From assembly GCA_044892505.1 (NCBI GenBank), contig CM097882.1, forward strand, positions 317,254,001 through 317,318,000: a DNA stretch of 64,000 nt, in the 5' to 3' direction. The translations under genes and the position numbers were made by a program. Numbering within the stretch: position 1 is the first letter of the stretch; the number at the start of each line of letters is the position of its first letter. This DNA comes from Schmidtea nova (taxonomy: Eukaryota). Shown here one piece after another: positions 35,135-46,961 of this stretch. The notes beneath the pieces were generated by a model that searched no databases, had not been told where the DNA came from, and worked only from the letters and a program-made list of their open reading frames with translations.

Positions 35135-37614
35135 GCTCAAATTGAAAATAATATGTATACTATAATAATTAAAATCATGACTTTGTATTGAACATGAAAA
35201 AATAATTTCCTTTTAATATTTTTATTGATAGATTCATAAACAATATCGTAAAAAGTTCATGAAACATTTCCCCCCTATTGTAGAATAAAAATATTTTTAA
35301 AATACTTTAATTTTGAATATGTTTTATTTTCTACCTTTGATCTCTTCTTTCTGTTTCAAAAATGTCCAGTAAAGTTTTATAAAAAGGCAATCAAAAGAAA
35401 CGATATCATTAAAAGGAAAGTTAAATGAAAATACAGAAAAGGTTAGAATAATTCTCAAAAACATGAAACATTAAAAAAATTAACAATAAAATTATTTCTG
35501 TAAATTGTTTTTGTTTCTGGTGATTATATTTTATAAATTATATCTAACAATATAAACGAAATTGTAAAGAGTGAAGGTTCTATAACATAATGGTTGTCAA
35601 CAGTCAATTTTGTATAAAAGTCATGAAGAATTTTCAAAATTAACTTCTGAATCTTTACAAATAATAAACAAATTTCAAAAAAATTTAATTCATATAATTT
35701 TTGTTTTGTAGAAATCCTTCCATTTTAAAATTTATATAAATATTCACTGAATAATAAAAAGGTTAACCTTAAGTTTTATAGATTTAACAATTGTATTTTA
35801 TCTCGCGTAATTATATTGTATGTATATTGTTTCTTTAAGCTTTGAATTCGAAGATTCTTTTATTAATGTTGTAATTATTTTAATTTCAGATATATTATTA
35901 AATTATAAATACCAGAAATTAAATTCAANNNNNNNNNNNNNNNNNNNNNNNNNNNNNNNNNNNNNNNNNNNNNNNNNNNNNNNNNNNNNNNNNNNNNNNN
36001 NNNNNNNNNNNNNNNNNNNNNNNNNNNNNNNNNNNNNNNNNNNNNNNNNNNNNNNNNNNNNNNNNNNNNNNNNNNNNNNNNNNNNNNNNNNNNNNNNNNN
36101 NNNNNNNNNNNNNNNNNNNNNNNNNNNNNNNNNNNNNNNNNNNNNNNNNNNNNNNNNNNNNNNNNNNNNNNNNNNNNNNNNNNNNNNNNNNNNNNNNNNN
36201 NNNNNNNNNNNNNNNNNNNNNNNNNNNNNNNNNNNNNNNNNNNNNNNNNNNNNNNNNNNNNNNNNNNNNNNNNNNNNNNNNNNNNNNNNNNNNNNNNNNN
36301 NNNNNNNNNNNNNNNNNNNNNNNNNNNNNNNNNNNNNNNNNNNNNNNNNNNNNNNNNNNNNNGCTGCGGGAAAATTTTGTAAATTTTAAAAAATATTTTG
36401 ATCTGTAGTCTTAATAAAAAATTTAAAATCTTATACATTGATTAAAATAAATAAAATTAGTATATAAAAATAAATTATAATTATAATCAAATCAACTTTG
36501 CACACAAGAAACTTTTTCCTTCGAAATTGAAACTTAATAATATAATTGATCATCCTATTATAGTAACTTAACGGTTAAAAATTAGCACTAATAAGAATCC
36601 AAATGTGGATCTATTATTTTAATTTAAAATACATATTTGGTGACCCAAATGAGCACACGTTATATTTCATTTATTATAAAAGATTTATCTATGCTAAAAC
36701 TAAAAACATATTTTAATATTTAAAAATTAAATTTAAACAATTTTAAGATAATTAAAAATAATAAAAACCTAGGATGTTTTGTTCAATATATTCAATCTAA
36801 TTGAAAGTTATTATAATAATATTTTATTATGAATAAACTTTGAATTTGAATTGTTTATGGATGTTTTAAAAACTAAGAGTTCTTAAAAGAATAGTAATAC
36901 CAACAGTGTCAATTCTTAATCCTAGATATTTTAACTTTTGTAATATTTCTATAGTTAAACTGTTTACTAGGGTTAATTTCAAAGGCAAACATTTGAAAAA
37001 TAGACCTCTTCAAATACAACTCGAATGATCAAAGACATTTATTATTTCACAGATATCCAATTTGTGGTCTAAAATTATATTATGATATTTACAATCATTA
37101 ATATTAAAAATATTAATAATAATAAAACTTTTTGAAACCTTTTGTAGAACTATAGAGACAAGATCATTTTGTACATATTTATTTAAGTAATAAAATTTGT
37201 TCGGATTTTATTTCTATTTGTTAATACTCTTCAAACATAGTCAAACCTTTTAAAAGCTTTTCAAACATATTTATTTTTTAGACAAATATTTTATCTTATT
37301 TTCTCATAACTTTAAATATTTTTCAGATATGATTGAATAACTGGAATTATCGGTTTGCTGTCGGAAACTAGAGGGTTATTGTCATCCTTTTAAATCCTAA
37401 TAATTGGTATACATAATATTCTTACATCTCATCAACCTTCGTATTTTTCATAAATATCTTATTGCTTCTTATATTTAATGAAGAATGAGTAAAATTATTT
37501 TTTGCTAAATCATAATTATCTTTTGGTTTCATCTTGATTTCTTTATTTTATTCAATAATTTTCATTTTAATTTTTGTAAGACTATAAATCATTTTTTTAA
37601 AGTTAAGTACACGA

Positions 37615-37712
37615 TATTTGTTCACAGCTTTTATCAAGCATATACACAATTGATAAAGTCTGGGCTGAAATATCGTCTACCTAACAACAACAAAAATCTA
37701 TTTTGATCTAAA
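37615..37712. repeat. Degenerate copy of the PLE-derived palindrome
   Basis: cacagcttttatcaa...ttgataaagtctgggctgaaatat...ttgatcta.agtc. Confidence 0.55.
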
Positions 37713-38522
37713 GTCTTTCAAACAATTATATTTGAAAATTATTGGATTTGTTAAATATTTCTTTTTATATAAATACTATAGATCAAAAGAAACTCTGTAC
37801 TATATAAAAAATTAAATAATAACTAAACTCTTAAAATTATATATCCTAAGCCTTTTATTAAAAACGTGTATTAAAGTAAGAAATCGAACGATGTTTTCAG
37901 CAATATCACTCTCAATAAATAGAGTTTATTTTCCACGTAGCTGCTCATCCTGACGCTGCACCATAGGTGATTGGTAAACCTTTCCTCATAGATAGTTACA
38001 GCAAATAATATATTTTCAAAACAATCTTTAAAGAAGTAGCTAGTCAAAATATAAATAAGCAGGTCAAATGATGGATTAAATTTTATTTTCTCATCTTTTA
38101 CACGGATCGAAAATAAAAGGTTCTAAAATGAATAAAAATTAGACCAAATAAATGCTCATTGACAGCTTAATCTTTAAGAAAAGTGGTTAATTTTTATATA
38201 ATATCATAAATAAAAAACTGAAATACTAATTAAAGCGTTAAATTAATGGAAAGATCATTCTTGAAAAATTACAAGGGTGTTGAAGAACCAATGATTGAGA
38301 GTTCAAAATGTTCTTTGTTTAGTCTGAAAAACTTCGAATGAAAGACAAAATAAATTGTAGAATTTTACAAGCAAAAACAATAAATACCGTTTGGAAAAAT
38401 AAATAAAACTTTTTAGTACTCAAAAAACTCGTAAAAAGACATTAACTTCATTAATATTTCCATCAAATAATGAAATTTAAACATCGACGGTTTTCTGTCA
38501 AAATTTACAATATGAAACTCAC

Positions 38523-38709
38523 ATTTCCCAAGAAAATATTTGAAATACCACCGAGTTTCCTGTTCGGGATTTTCCAGGTGCAAAGGATTTTCTTTTTGCA
38601 TGTTTGACCATTTAGATGGAACAAAAGGATCACCTCGCAAATCCGATTGACTACTACTAGAACCGAGCTCAACTCGAAATCGGCCAGCATTATTTGTATA
38701 GCCTTCCAT
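38523..38709 (-). CDS. GARNL3: GARNL3-like protein, first visible coding exon
   Basis: MEGYTNNAGRFRVE...HLENPEQETRWYFKYFLGK-T|gtgag. HLENPE..TRWYFKYFLG is a GARNL3 N-terminal signature. Followed by a ~24.9 kb intron. Confidence 0.88.
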
Positions 38710-39683
38710 GTGTCGATTGATGAGCTGTATTATTATTATTAGTATCTTTATATAAAATTAAAAAATTAAACACAATGACGATGATGATCGATCAACAATG
38801 ACGAAAATATAGGCTGTGAAGATACAAGTCAATTATAAAATGGTAACATGCCTTCCAAAAGAGTAGAGGTGTTGTTTCATACTTAGTACAATGTGCGCGC
38901 ACACACACACATACACACAAATAATATATTGTAGTTATTTTCTAGGCATGTCAGAAAGCATAATCTAAATCCAATCAAATATCGAATACAATAATAAGCC
39001 ATTTCATTAACAATTTGAATTGGGCTTGGATAGGCATATATTTCTCTACACACACGTGACTATTTTTATACAACTGGGATGCTATAATGATCAATGGGAA
39101 ATTATTTGTAACTACTTTATGATTACTACTTAATAATATTAAGTAACTTGTTATCAGTTATTTTAAATTTGTCTTTCTCATTCGATTGTTTATTTTTTTA
39201 AAAGTTACTGATAACAAGCGAGTCAGTGAGATTTTCTTTCAAGAAAGGGCATAAAAAAGATGGTAGAAAATAATTTTCCAAAAACTCCAAGTTAAAACCT
39301 TGGTGATTAAAACGTCATTAGCCAATTATTTTAAAAGGTGGGCATGTCTGGTTTTGCTAGTGACATTTTTATAAATGCGCGTTTCATTAAATATAAAAAT
39401 ATTGATAACATGAAGCGGTAAACATCTGTATTTTGTAGTTATAGATAATGTATATTTAATATCCAATAATGTTTATTAAATATATTTGAAGACATCAAAT
39501 GTTTTTGCCATATTAAAATGAAATTGCTACATTTTCAAAATAAATCCCCCATAGGGTTTCTGATTTAATAATTTGACTAATATTTGAGACATTTATTTTG
39601 AAAGTGTATAAGTCACATCTTTCCAAATTTGGAGTTAGTATTATAATTTATTATTATTATTAGTATTATTATTTACTTAAAAC

Positions 39684-39908
39684 AATTATTATCAATAATT
39701 CCAATAATGATGAATTTAGATCAAAAATTTTTTTATAAACAATAACACAATATTTCGGCACAGCCTTTATCAAGTGTGTATTTGATAAAGGCTGTGCCGA
39801 AATATTGTGTTATTGTTTATAAAAAAATTTTGTTCTATAGTCATCATTATGGGAATTATTGATAATAATAATAAAAAAAGATCAAAGGTGAAAAAAGATA
39901 ATTATGAT
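39684..39908. repeat. Palindromic PLE-derived element
   Basis: Inverted arms centred near 39777 (..gcctttatcaa gtgtgtat ttgataaaggc..); same family as 14525-14860 and 19663-20481. Confidence 0.8.
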
Positions 39909-40399
39909 ACTTAAAACAAGTTTACTTTTTGAACAATTTAGAAAAAAGTATTAAGTGTAGTGATATCATAAATACAAACACTTTTGACAAAACGATTATT
40001 AATAATTTTCACAATATGAAAACACAAAGGTTCAATTATCTCAAAATTATAAAAACATAATTTTCAAAATAAACCGCTTAATTAAGGGTTAATATTTTAT
40101 TTAATAGTATTAAATTTTCAATTAATAGTGTTTTCTCAATTAATTTCAAATTCAATTTATTTTAAATTATATTTTGGATAAATTATAATGTAAAATGACT
40201 TAAATGAATGTGTTAGTGGTTAAGAACCCGGATTAGGTGCTAAAGAAAAACTAACAGGTTTTATTTTAACTTACGAACTAAAAGGTATGCAAGCTTCATT
40301 GTTCAATATAAAACCCATTGTGGCCCGAGCACTTTCTCGAACAATACAAAAGTTCTGAAAACACATGTTTTAAGAAAATTGGGCTTTAATCTTTCAAGA

Positions 40400-41100
40400 A
40401 AAGTTCCATATTTTGTTGCATATTTGTATTATTTTTGTAAATTTTCCCTCGCAAATGTTTCTATATATACCGAAATAGATAAAAGTCACTGGGCGCAAGA
40501 TCGGAACTATTGAAAAAGTGATCTAAAAGAAAAAATAATTTTTCTGAGACCCTTATTGTTCCCGTCCTTTGTTGGATAAGGCTGTTGTCTTAGAAAAGTC
40601 ATCGAGAGAAGCCACATAGCTTTTTGCTGTTACGTCTACATGTGTCCACGAAAGGGATGTAGTAAGTGAAATTAATTCACAGACCTTTTTCAAAGAAATC
40701 CATACAATTTATGCCACTTTGATCCCAATAAATTGTAAACATCAATGATTTTCGATGACATTTTCTAGATCTCGTCGTTCTGAAACTCGTTTTACCAGGC
40801 AATTTTGTCCATAGTTTTGATATTTCTGAGGAATTAGTCACCATTTTCATCAAAAATGAGACGATTTGCCTGTCAGAATTCCTTCCTGCAAATTTCCTTT
40901 ACACCAGCTTCATTCAGGATGGAATGGACACTTTTAGTATTCACATTCAACTGCTGCAAATTATTCTTGATAATGATTCGGCGTCTTTTTACGATTTCAA
41001 ACCTTTTCTCTTTTTTGGTCATAAGTTTTACTAGAATGACATACTTTCTAATCATCAAACTCTAACTGGCGAAAATTTCATCAATAAATTCAATTAATAA
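40400..41100 (-). pseudogene. Degenerate mariner transposase
   Basis: Minus-strand fragments SVHSILNE, MFTIYWDQSG, SSDLAPSDFYLF (cf. YSPDLAPSDFYLF); many stops and frameshifts. Confidence 0.7.
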
Positions 41101-41496
41101 AACAACACACTCATTCTATCATCAAAACTATTTTAAAACATTCAAAATCCACGTATTCGTGACATTCTGTACATTAAATTTTAGATTTAAAGATCTTATC
41201 AATGACGCTTCACATTAAATGCGTTCATACTGATTATTAAGATTTTAAAATCAGATAAACCAGTTTTTCTTTGACGGTCTTTACTGTAATTACTAAAATT
41301 TATATTCTTGTAGCATCAACAATGGCTTAGATCTTTTAGAGATTTTTTGAAAGATAATTACTTCTTCCCAACTTGAAAAGATAATTCAATATAAAAGACA
41401 TTTGGATAACATTTTTCTTATATTTAAAAATCAAGATCACGTGCAGCCATTTTTGAAATATGTTTCGTACACGTATTATTATTATAACTATAATAC

Positions 41497-41600
41497 CGTA
41501 TATACTCGCGTATAAACCGACCCGCATATAAGCCAACTCACCAAAGTTTTGTTGAAAAAAATTCTAAAATAGATAACCCGCGTATAAGCCGATCTATTAA
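41497..41600 (+). mobile_element. Left end of a pogo/Tigger-like DNA transposon, apparently truncated by the giant LTR element
   Basis: TA-CCGTATATACTCGCGTATAA.CCGA with repeated cgcgtataagcc subterminal motifs; no matching right end in the window. Confidence 0.6.
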
Positions 41601-42146
41601 AAATGAAATTTTGGGTAATGCTGGGATTATGGGTGGGTTTTAAGTAATTCAAATAAACAATTAATCATACTAGGGATTCCGCGCCCATAACCATACATAA
41701 CATGACTACTACACGCGTATGCCCTTGACTATTCCCTACTAGTCAAGTTGGTACTGCATACGGTGGTGGAAAAATGATGGGCAGGTGAGCTTTGTTGCCA
41801 AAACTACTCCCCATTTATCTTCCCTCGGGTCCTTGCTGCCGATAGAAGGTCTTACGCATTTACATTCTATGGATGTTCGTTTCCTACTGAATTTTATACT
41901 ACATATCCTTATGATCTATCACACGCTTTTCCCAATGACGCTCTCTCTCGCTGTTCTACAAGCCTAGGAAAACTCTCGCTGCTAAGTAACGGTCGGTGTA
42001 GGTTTTACGATGCAATTTTTAGTTCTACGAATTACTTATGTAGTCTTATTTTATTTAGTGAAATCACAAGATGAGAGAAAAAATTTACACAGTAATACTT
42101 TTATTAAAATAATAAAGACAGGTTGTTATTCTACATTTAGGTTTTC

Positions 42147-42731
42147 CTATTCAAACTCCAGGCTAATCTCCTGGATTAACTCTGCTTCGGTTAAGGAATT
42201 CAGGTGGTGGATTTGTTCGTCCAGGCGCTTTGCAAATTCTCGGCGACGACGGCGCTGTCGCGATCCCATTCGATGTTTTCGAAGCTGTTGGTTTATGACC
42301 GGTGCTGACGCTATTATTCTCGGGGGATCACTGAGAAAAATAGGCAAATCTTCCGTTGTAAGAGTGGGTGCCATGATGATATCATCTTCTGTCCCGCAAG
42401 CGACATCTTGGTGAGTGCATTGTATCCAGCGCTGAGCCGTGATCGGCCGGATTAGCGCTCGTAATTCGGAGTCGATGTAACTTCTTGTTACTGCGTTCAG
42501 GCAATTTCGGAGTTCTCGCTGGACGGCATCTAATTCCAATTTGGTTGTAGCCAATGCTTCCTGCACTCGCTCGAGTTTTTTCGACTGGTCCTTCATCTGT
42601 TCGGGCGAGAACCACTTCGCTTTCAATTCATCATTGGCGACCGTGAGTCGCTTGATCTGTCGCTGCTGGTCCCTCAGCTTTCTCTCTTGAATTTGTCCCA
42701 TGATTTTCTTCGAATTTTCTGAAATCGGCAT
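42147..42731 (-). CDS. Hypothetical coiled-coil protein with Arg-rich patch (element accessory or LTR-borne)
   Basis: 194-aa ORF, GC-richer than flanks; heptad N-terminus; RQRRRRRE. Confidence 0.55.
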   Translation of the reverse strand: MPISENSKKIMGQIQERKLRDQQRQIKRLTVANDELKAKWFSPEQMKDQSKKLERVQEALATTKLELDAVQRELRNCLNAVTRSYIDSELRALIRPITAQRWIQCTHQDVACGTEDDIIMAPTLTTEDLPIFLSDPPRIIASAPVINQQLRKHRMGSRQRRRRREFAKRLDEQIHHLNSLTEAELIQEISLEFE

Positions 42732-43047
42732 GTTGTCTGAAGATTATAACGATAAATTCACTGGAGGGCCTATCAACAATGTTATTTTATTTAGACAACT
42801 ATTATTATTATTAAACGAGGTGTATATTAATGTTTTTAATTGTTGAGTTCTCTACAAAATTATTTAACTATCTAATCATTGAAGACTCAAAAGGTTTATT
42901 GAACTAATTTTATATTAATAAATGAACTTCCTAATGACTATAACAACTACAATACTAAATCTACATGACAACACTATTAACAAAACGAACATTTCAGAAT
43001 TCTTTAAAACATTTATTTAATTTAAAAACAGGCGGCCATTGGTTCAG

Positions 43048-43524
43048 CTATTCATCCGCGGTCATTTTTCCTCGATACGAAAATACCGAGCGGATCTGCA
43101 AATTTGTATGGATTCCTGTGTTATTGGACGAGGCCTGCTGGAAACGGATTCTCTCAGCTTCTCGGAGGGGTCGGATGGCTGTATTGAACTTGAACCCCAA
43201 TTCCTTGAAGGTAGAGGCTGGAATGAACCCCCAATAAATGACACATCTCGGGAATCCACCTTTGTCCAACATCATGATGAACCAGGCGGCGTGCCATGAT
43301 TCGTATTCCTCGTCTGGAATGATTGGCCAACTAGCGCATCCCCGGTACCATACGTGATGCCGTGGATGGTCCCATACTGTAAATGGACAGGCGGTTTCGA
43401 GCTCTCGGCGCCATGCCCACATCTTTTGATGGATTTGCTGTAAGATCTCGAAAGGAGCCGGCTTTAATGGGCTAACTCGGGCTCGTTCTTGTCGTTTTTT
43501 GATAGTGTATCTATGCTTAGCCAT
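43048..43524 (-). CDS. Hypothetical Trp/aromatic-rich protein (element accessory or LTR-borne)
   Basis: 158-aa ORF, GC-richer than flanks; no recognised motif. Confidence 0.5.
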   Translation of the reverse strand: MAKHRYTIKKRQERARVSPLKPAPFEILQQIHQKMWAWRRELETACPFTVWDHPRHHVWYRGCASWPIIPDEEYESWHAAWFIMMLDKGGFPRCVIYWGFIPASTFKELGFKFNTAIRPLREAERIRFQQASSNNTGIHTNLQIRSVFSYRGKMTADE

Positions 43525-45130
43525 GATTCCAAAATGATGCTGAATTTTATAATAGTTACAATTTACATCAATAATTAATCATAGTAAATGTTATCTCTCA
43601 TCGTGATATCTTTATTATTTGCCTACCCCTTAGCTGAAATCAAGAGAAACTGTCGTTCGTTACGGTATACATTACTCTCGTATCTACTTAGCTTTATCTG
43701 TTTACGATCAATATTATAGACGGAAAAAAATGGTGATTTGTCTGCTTGGATTTTCAAAATATTGATACCTCAAAACGGAAGCTCTCTCCCGTCATGTATC
43801 CCTAGCTTATTCGAAAAAACGCTCTTTTGTATTAAATGCGGTCGACATAATTTTCCTAAGGTTTATTAGACGTTTCTTAAACAGCTGCGCTATGGTGAGG
43901 GTGAAAAATTGTGCCTCCTCCCGGTTAACAACTTCTTTCATATCTTTAAGCTTTATCAAAAAAAATTCTCGTCCCCTCTGTAGCTAAAATGATCAGAAAA
44001 TAATTTCCCGGATTTGTTGGGTGTCCCATGTGCAAGTCTCAACCACTACTAATAAAATTATGCTTTACTATTTATTACTTTACCGTGTGTGGAGCCCTCG
44101 AGCACCACGCCACGGACGGACACCTTGGGAACCTAAAGCTCCCAACGGCGCAAGATTAATATGATAGTTTAAATAGTTTAAATATAACATAAATCAAAAT
44201 GAGATAACTAATAAATTATAATATGATAATGACATACGAATACAACGATATCATAAACGTAAATATACCAAAAATACCTCAATTGAATTCTGAAAATTTA
44301 TTGATCAAAATCGGTCTAAACGGTGATCGTCGTCGGGGCAATGTGCAATCTAATGCGAATTTTTAGTTAAAGTCTAAATTTCAGTCTAACAAAGTCTACT
44401 AAAGTCTCACTCTAGTCAAACGTCTAGTCTATCAAAGTCTATTTGATTAGTGAGCTAAATTTTACACTCTCAACTGACGTTGTAAGATTAGGTATTAAGT
44501 CTGTTTTATCCAAAGTCTGATCAGTATTTATACTGATCAGTCTGATCTAGACTGACCAATCGGATTTGGCCGATTTCATGGTGGGTTTTAATTATTGTTT
44601 TTGATTCTAATTAATTTTTATTTTTTAGATTGTATTCTTCCTTGGAGGTCCGGGTTTCAAAAACAATTATTCAATAACAAGTACTTTTATTTGGTTTTAA
44701 TTATTATTATTTGTATTTTATTTGTTTTTAGATGTCTCCTGGGCCCGTTAATATCTATAAATTCATTTATTTTTATTTATAGCTTGTACTTAGTTATTCT
44801 ATATTTTTACTATATTATTCCTTTCTTTTAATAAATAAATATTCCCCTTTTTACCTTATTTTTCTCTTTTTTGTTTTAATTAATCTACTTTTATTTCATT
44901 TTTTCCTCTATTTGGCTGGCCCAACATCACTCGGGGACCCCTAAAATTGCGTCCCGCAATTAATTATACATTTACACCTATATCATCATACATAAAAATT
45001 AAGCAGATAAATGTCAATTTACATATACACAAAGAACCACGTAAGGTGATAGATTTTATACGTAAGCACAAAGTCATATTATTGTTAAATGTAAGTGGAT
45101 CATACATAAAGTGAATGTAATATATCAGTT

Positions 45131-45703
45131 TTACACAAGCTCTTTGATTTCATGATTGGTATTGGATTGGATTGGGGTTCTTTCGCTGATTGTTCGTAGT
45201 TCGTAGTGGCTTTGGATTCGGTTTAGGTGTTTTCTCATTCTCTTTTGGGTTCTGATGTCTTGTATTGTTGTTCGATTCAGGATGACATGTTTTTGTTTTA
45301 AGATCTTCACTCGGTATGATGTTATGAGGATTGTGATCGCGATAATGGTCACGCTGAGTGCAAGGATTATTATAATTGCGATGATCCATTTTTCTTGATA
45401 TTCTATCTCTGCTTGGGCTAAGCTTTTTATGGGTTCTCGACCTTCTTTTAGGGTTTTTCTGATTGTTTTCAATTTGATTCGATGTTCATATAGGACCTGT
45501 TGAAATTTTTCATCGTTTGGGTTGTCTGATGTTATCTGTTGAAGTTGGGTGATTTCTTGTGTTGCTTCGCTGATTAGTTTATCTAGTTCTTGATAGGTTT
45601 TCTCGGGTAGGGCTCGTAGCTCCTTCTCTGTGAGTTGAAGATCTTCTCTTTGTAGGGTGATTGTTATTAGGTATAGGAATATCGGTATTCTGAGCTTTTT
45701 CAT
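45131..45703 (-). CDS. Putative small membrane protein (signal-like N-terminus, coiled coil, TM helix)
   Basis: MKKLRIPIFLYLITITLQ; TM WIIAIIIILALSVTIIAITILIT; basic tail. Confidence 0.7.
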   Translation of the reverse strand: MKKLRIPIFLYLITITLQREDLQLTEKELRALPEKTYQELDKLISEATQEITQLQQITSDNPNDEKFQQVLYEHRIKLKTIRKTLKEGREPIKSLAQAEIEYQEKWIIAIIIILALSVTIIAITILITSYRVKILKQKHVILNRTTIQDIRTQKRMRKHLNRIQSHYELRTISERTPIQSNTNHEIKELV

Positions 45704-45784
45704 ACTGTTTCTTTACAGATAGGTCAATACAATTTGACACTACATTTCATACAATTATTTACAAAAATATATTTTCCGCTTTAT

Positions 45785-46846
45785 TTACACAATCGTCTCA
45801 TTTGGTTCATAGAAACCTTCGTCCTGAGGCTCTACTTGGTTCGTGGGGAGTGGTATCCAAACAACCCTGCTCCTCCACATTTCGACTTCATCTCGATACA
45901 TGTGAGATATCTGGATCTCCTCGTCTAGCAAATATTCTAGGTAATTTGCTTGTTCTGTTAATGTTTCTATTTGTTTCTCTAATTCGATTACTTTTGTCTT
46001 TTGTTCGTCTTCTTTTATCATTTTTGTTACGGCTGCCGTTATACTTGGTTCTTTGGGTATTACTGATACTGTTACTCGTTTCTGTTTCAATTCTTCGTTT
46101 TCTTTCATCAAATTCGTTAAATTTTCCTCATAACTTTGTTTCTCTTCCCTTGACCTTTCTCTGGTTCTTTTTAGCTCTATTTTCTTCTGGGTAATTACTC
46201 CTTGATAACCATTTATATCTCTCTTCATCTCTTCTTCTTTCTGATTCCATATTCCGGTGAGCATAGTTTTCAGTTGTTCTTGATTAGCTAGTTCTTCTCC
46301 CATTCTTTGAACTTGATAGGTTAGTCCTTTAATTTTCTTTGCTTGTTCCCGGATAAATTGCTGTCTCTTTGTATTCCATCTTTTATTCAACATTTCTTGG
46401 TGTATTTTCTGTTCTAACTCGTCTTTTAATTCGTCGATCTCTTTATATAATTTCCAGTCATCACTATAAGCTGTCCTTTCTATTATTTCTCTAGCTTTTT
46501 CGTAAGATTCTTTCGCTTCTTTCTTCCAGTATCTTGCTTGTTCTGTAATCGAATATATCTTGTGTTCAGCTTCCATCTGCTGTCTGTCTCTTTCCTCTCG
46601 TCGCTCTTTCATCATTCCCTGGTAATATTCCTTTTGTTGTTTTAGTATTTTGTATACTTCTTCTATTTTTTCTCGACTTCTTTGACTTGATCTTTCCGCT
46701 TCTTTTAATAATTCGGCTTGTCTCTCTATCTCCTCTTGCTTTCCATAATATGCACTGACCCATATTTCAATCTGTTCTAGATGATCGCTAATCGCTTCTG
46801 CTTGATGCATCGTAATTTCCTGTAAGCATACTTCGATATTTCCCAT
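45785..46846 (-). CDS. Long coiled-coil accessory protein
   Basis: 353-aa intact ORF, E/K/Q/R-rich heptads, same A-rich codon bias as the polyprotein. Confidence 0.75.
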   Translation of the reverse strand: MGNIEVCLQEITMHQAEAISDHLEQIEIWVSAYYGKQEEIERQAELLKEAERSSQRSREKIEEVYKILKQQKEYYQGMMKERREERDRQQMEAEHKIYSITEQARYWKKEAKESYEKAREIIERTAYSDDWKLYKEIDELKDELEQKIHQEMLNKRWNTKRQQFIREQAKKIKGLTYQVQRMGEELANQEQLKTMLTGIWNQKEEEMKRDINGYQGVITQKKIELKRTRERSREEKQSYEENLTNLMKENEELKQKRVTVSVIPKEPSITAAVTKMIKEDEQKTKVIELEKQIETLTEQANYLEYLLDEEIQISHMYRDEVEMWRSRVVWIPLPTNQVEPQDEGFYEPNETIV

Positions 46847-46961
46847 TGCTATAATTTCAAAAAAAAATTTTTTAATCGGTTTATATATCAGTTATTTTTT
46901 GTTTATATAATAATTTTTGGGTATTTAACTGTACATATTATTTACACGATCACTTCTCTTG

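Noticed and set aside
9993-36438. ORFs composed mostly of X
   Set aside because: They span N assembly gaps and are not real.
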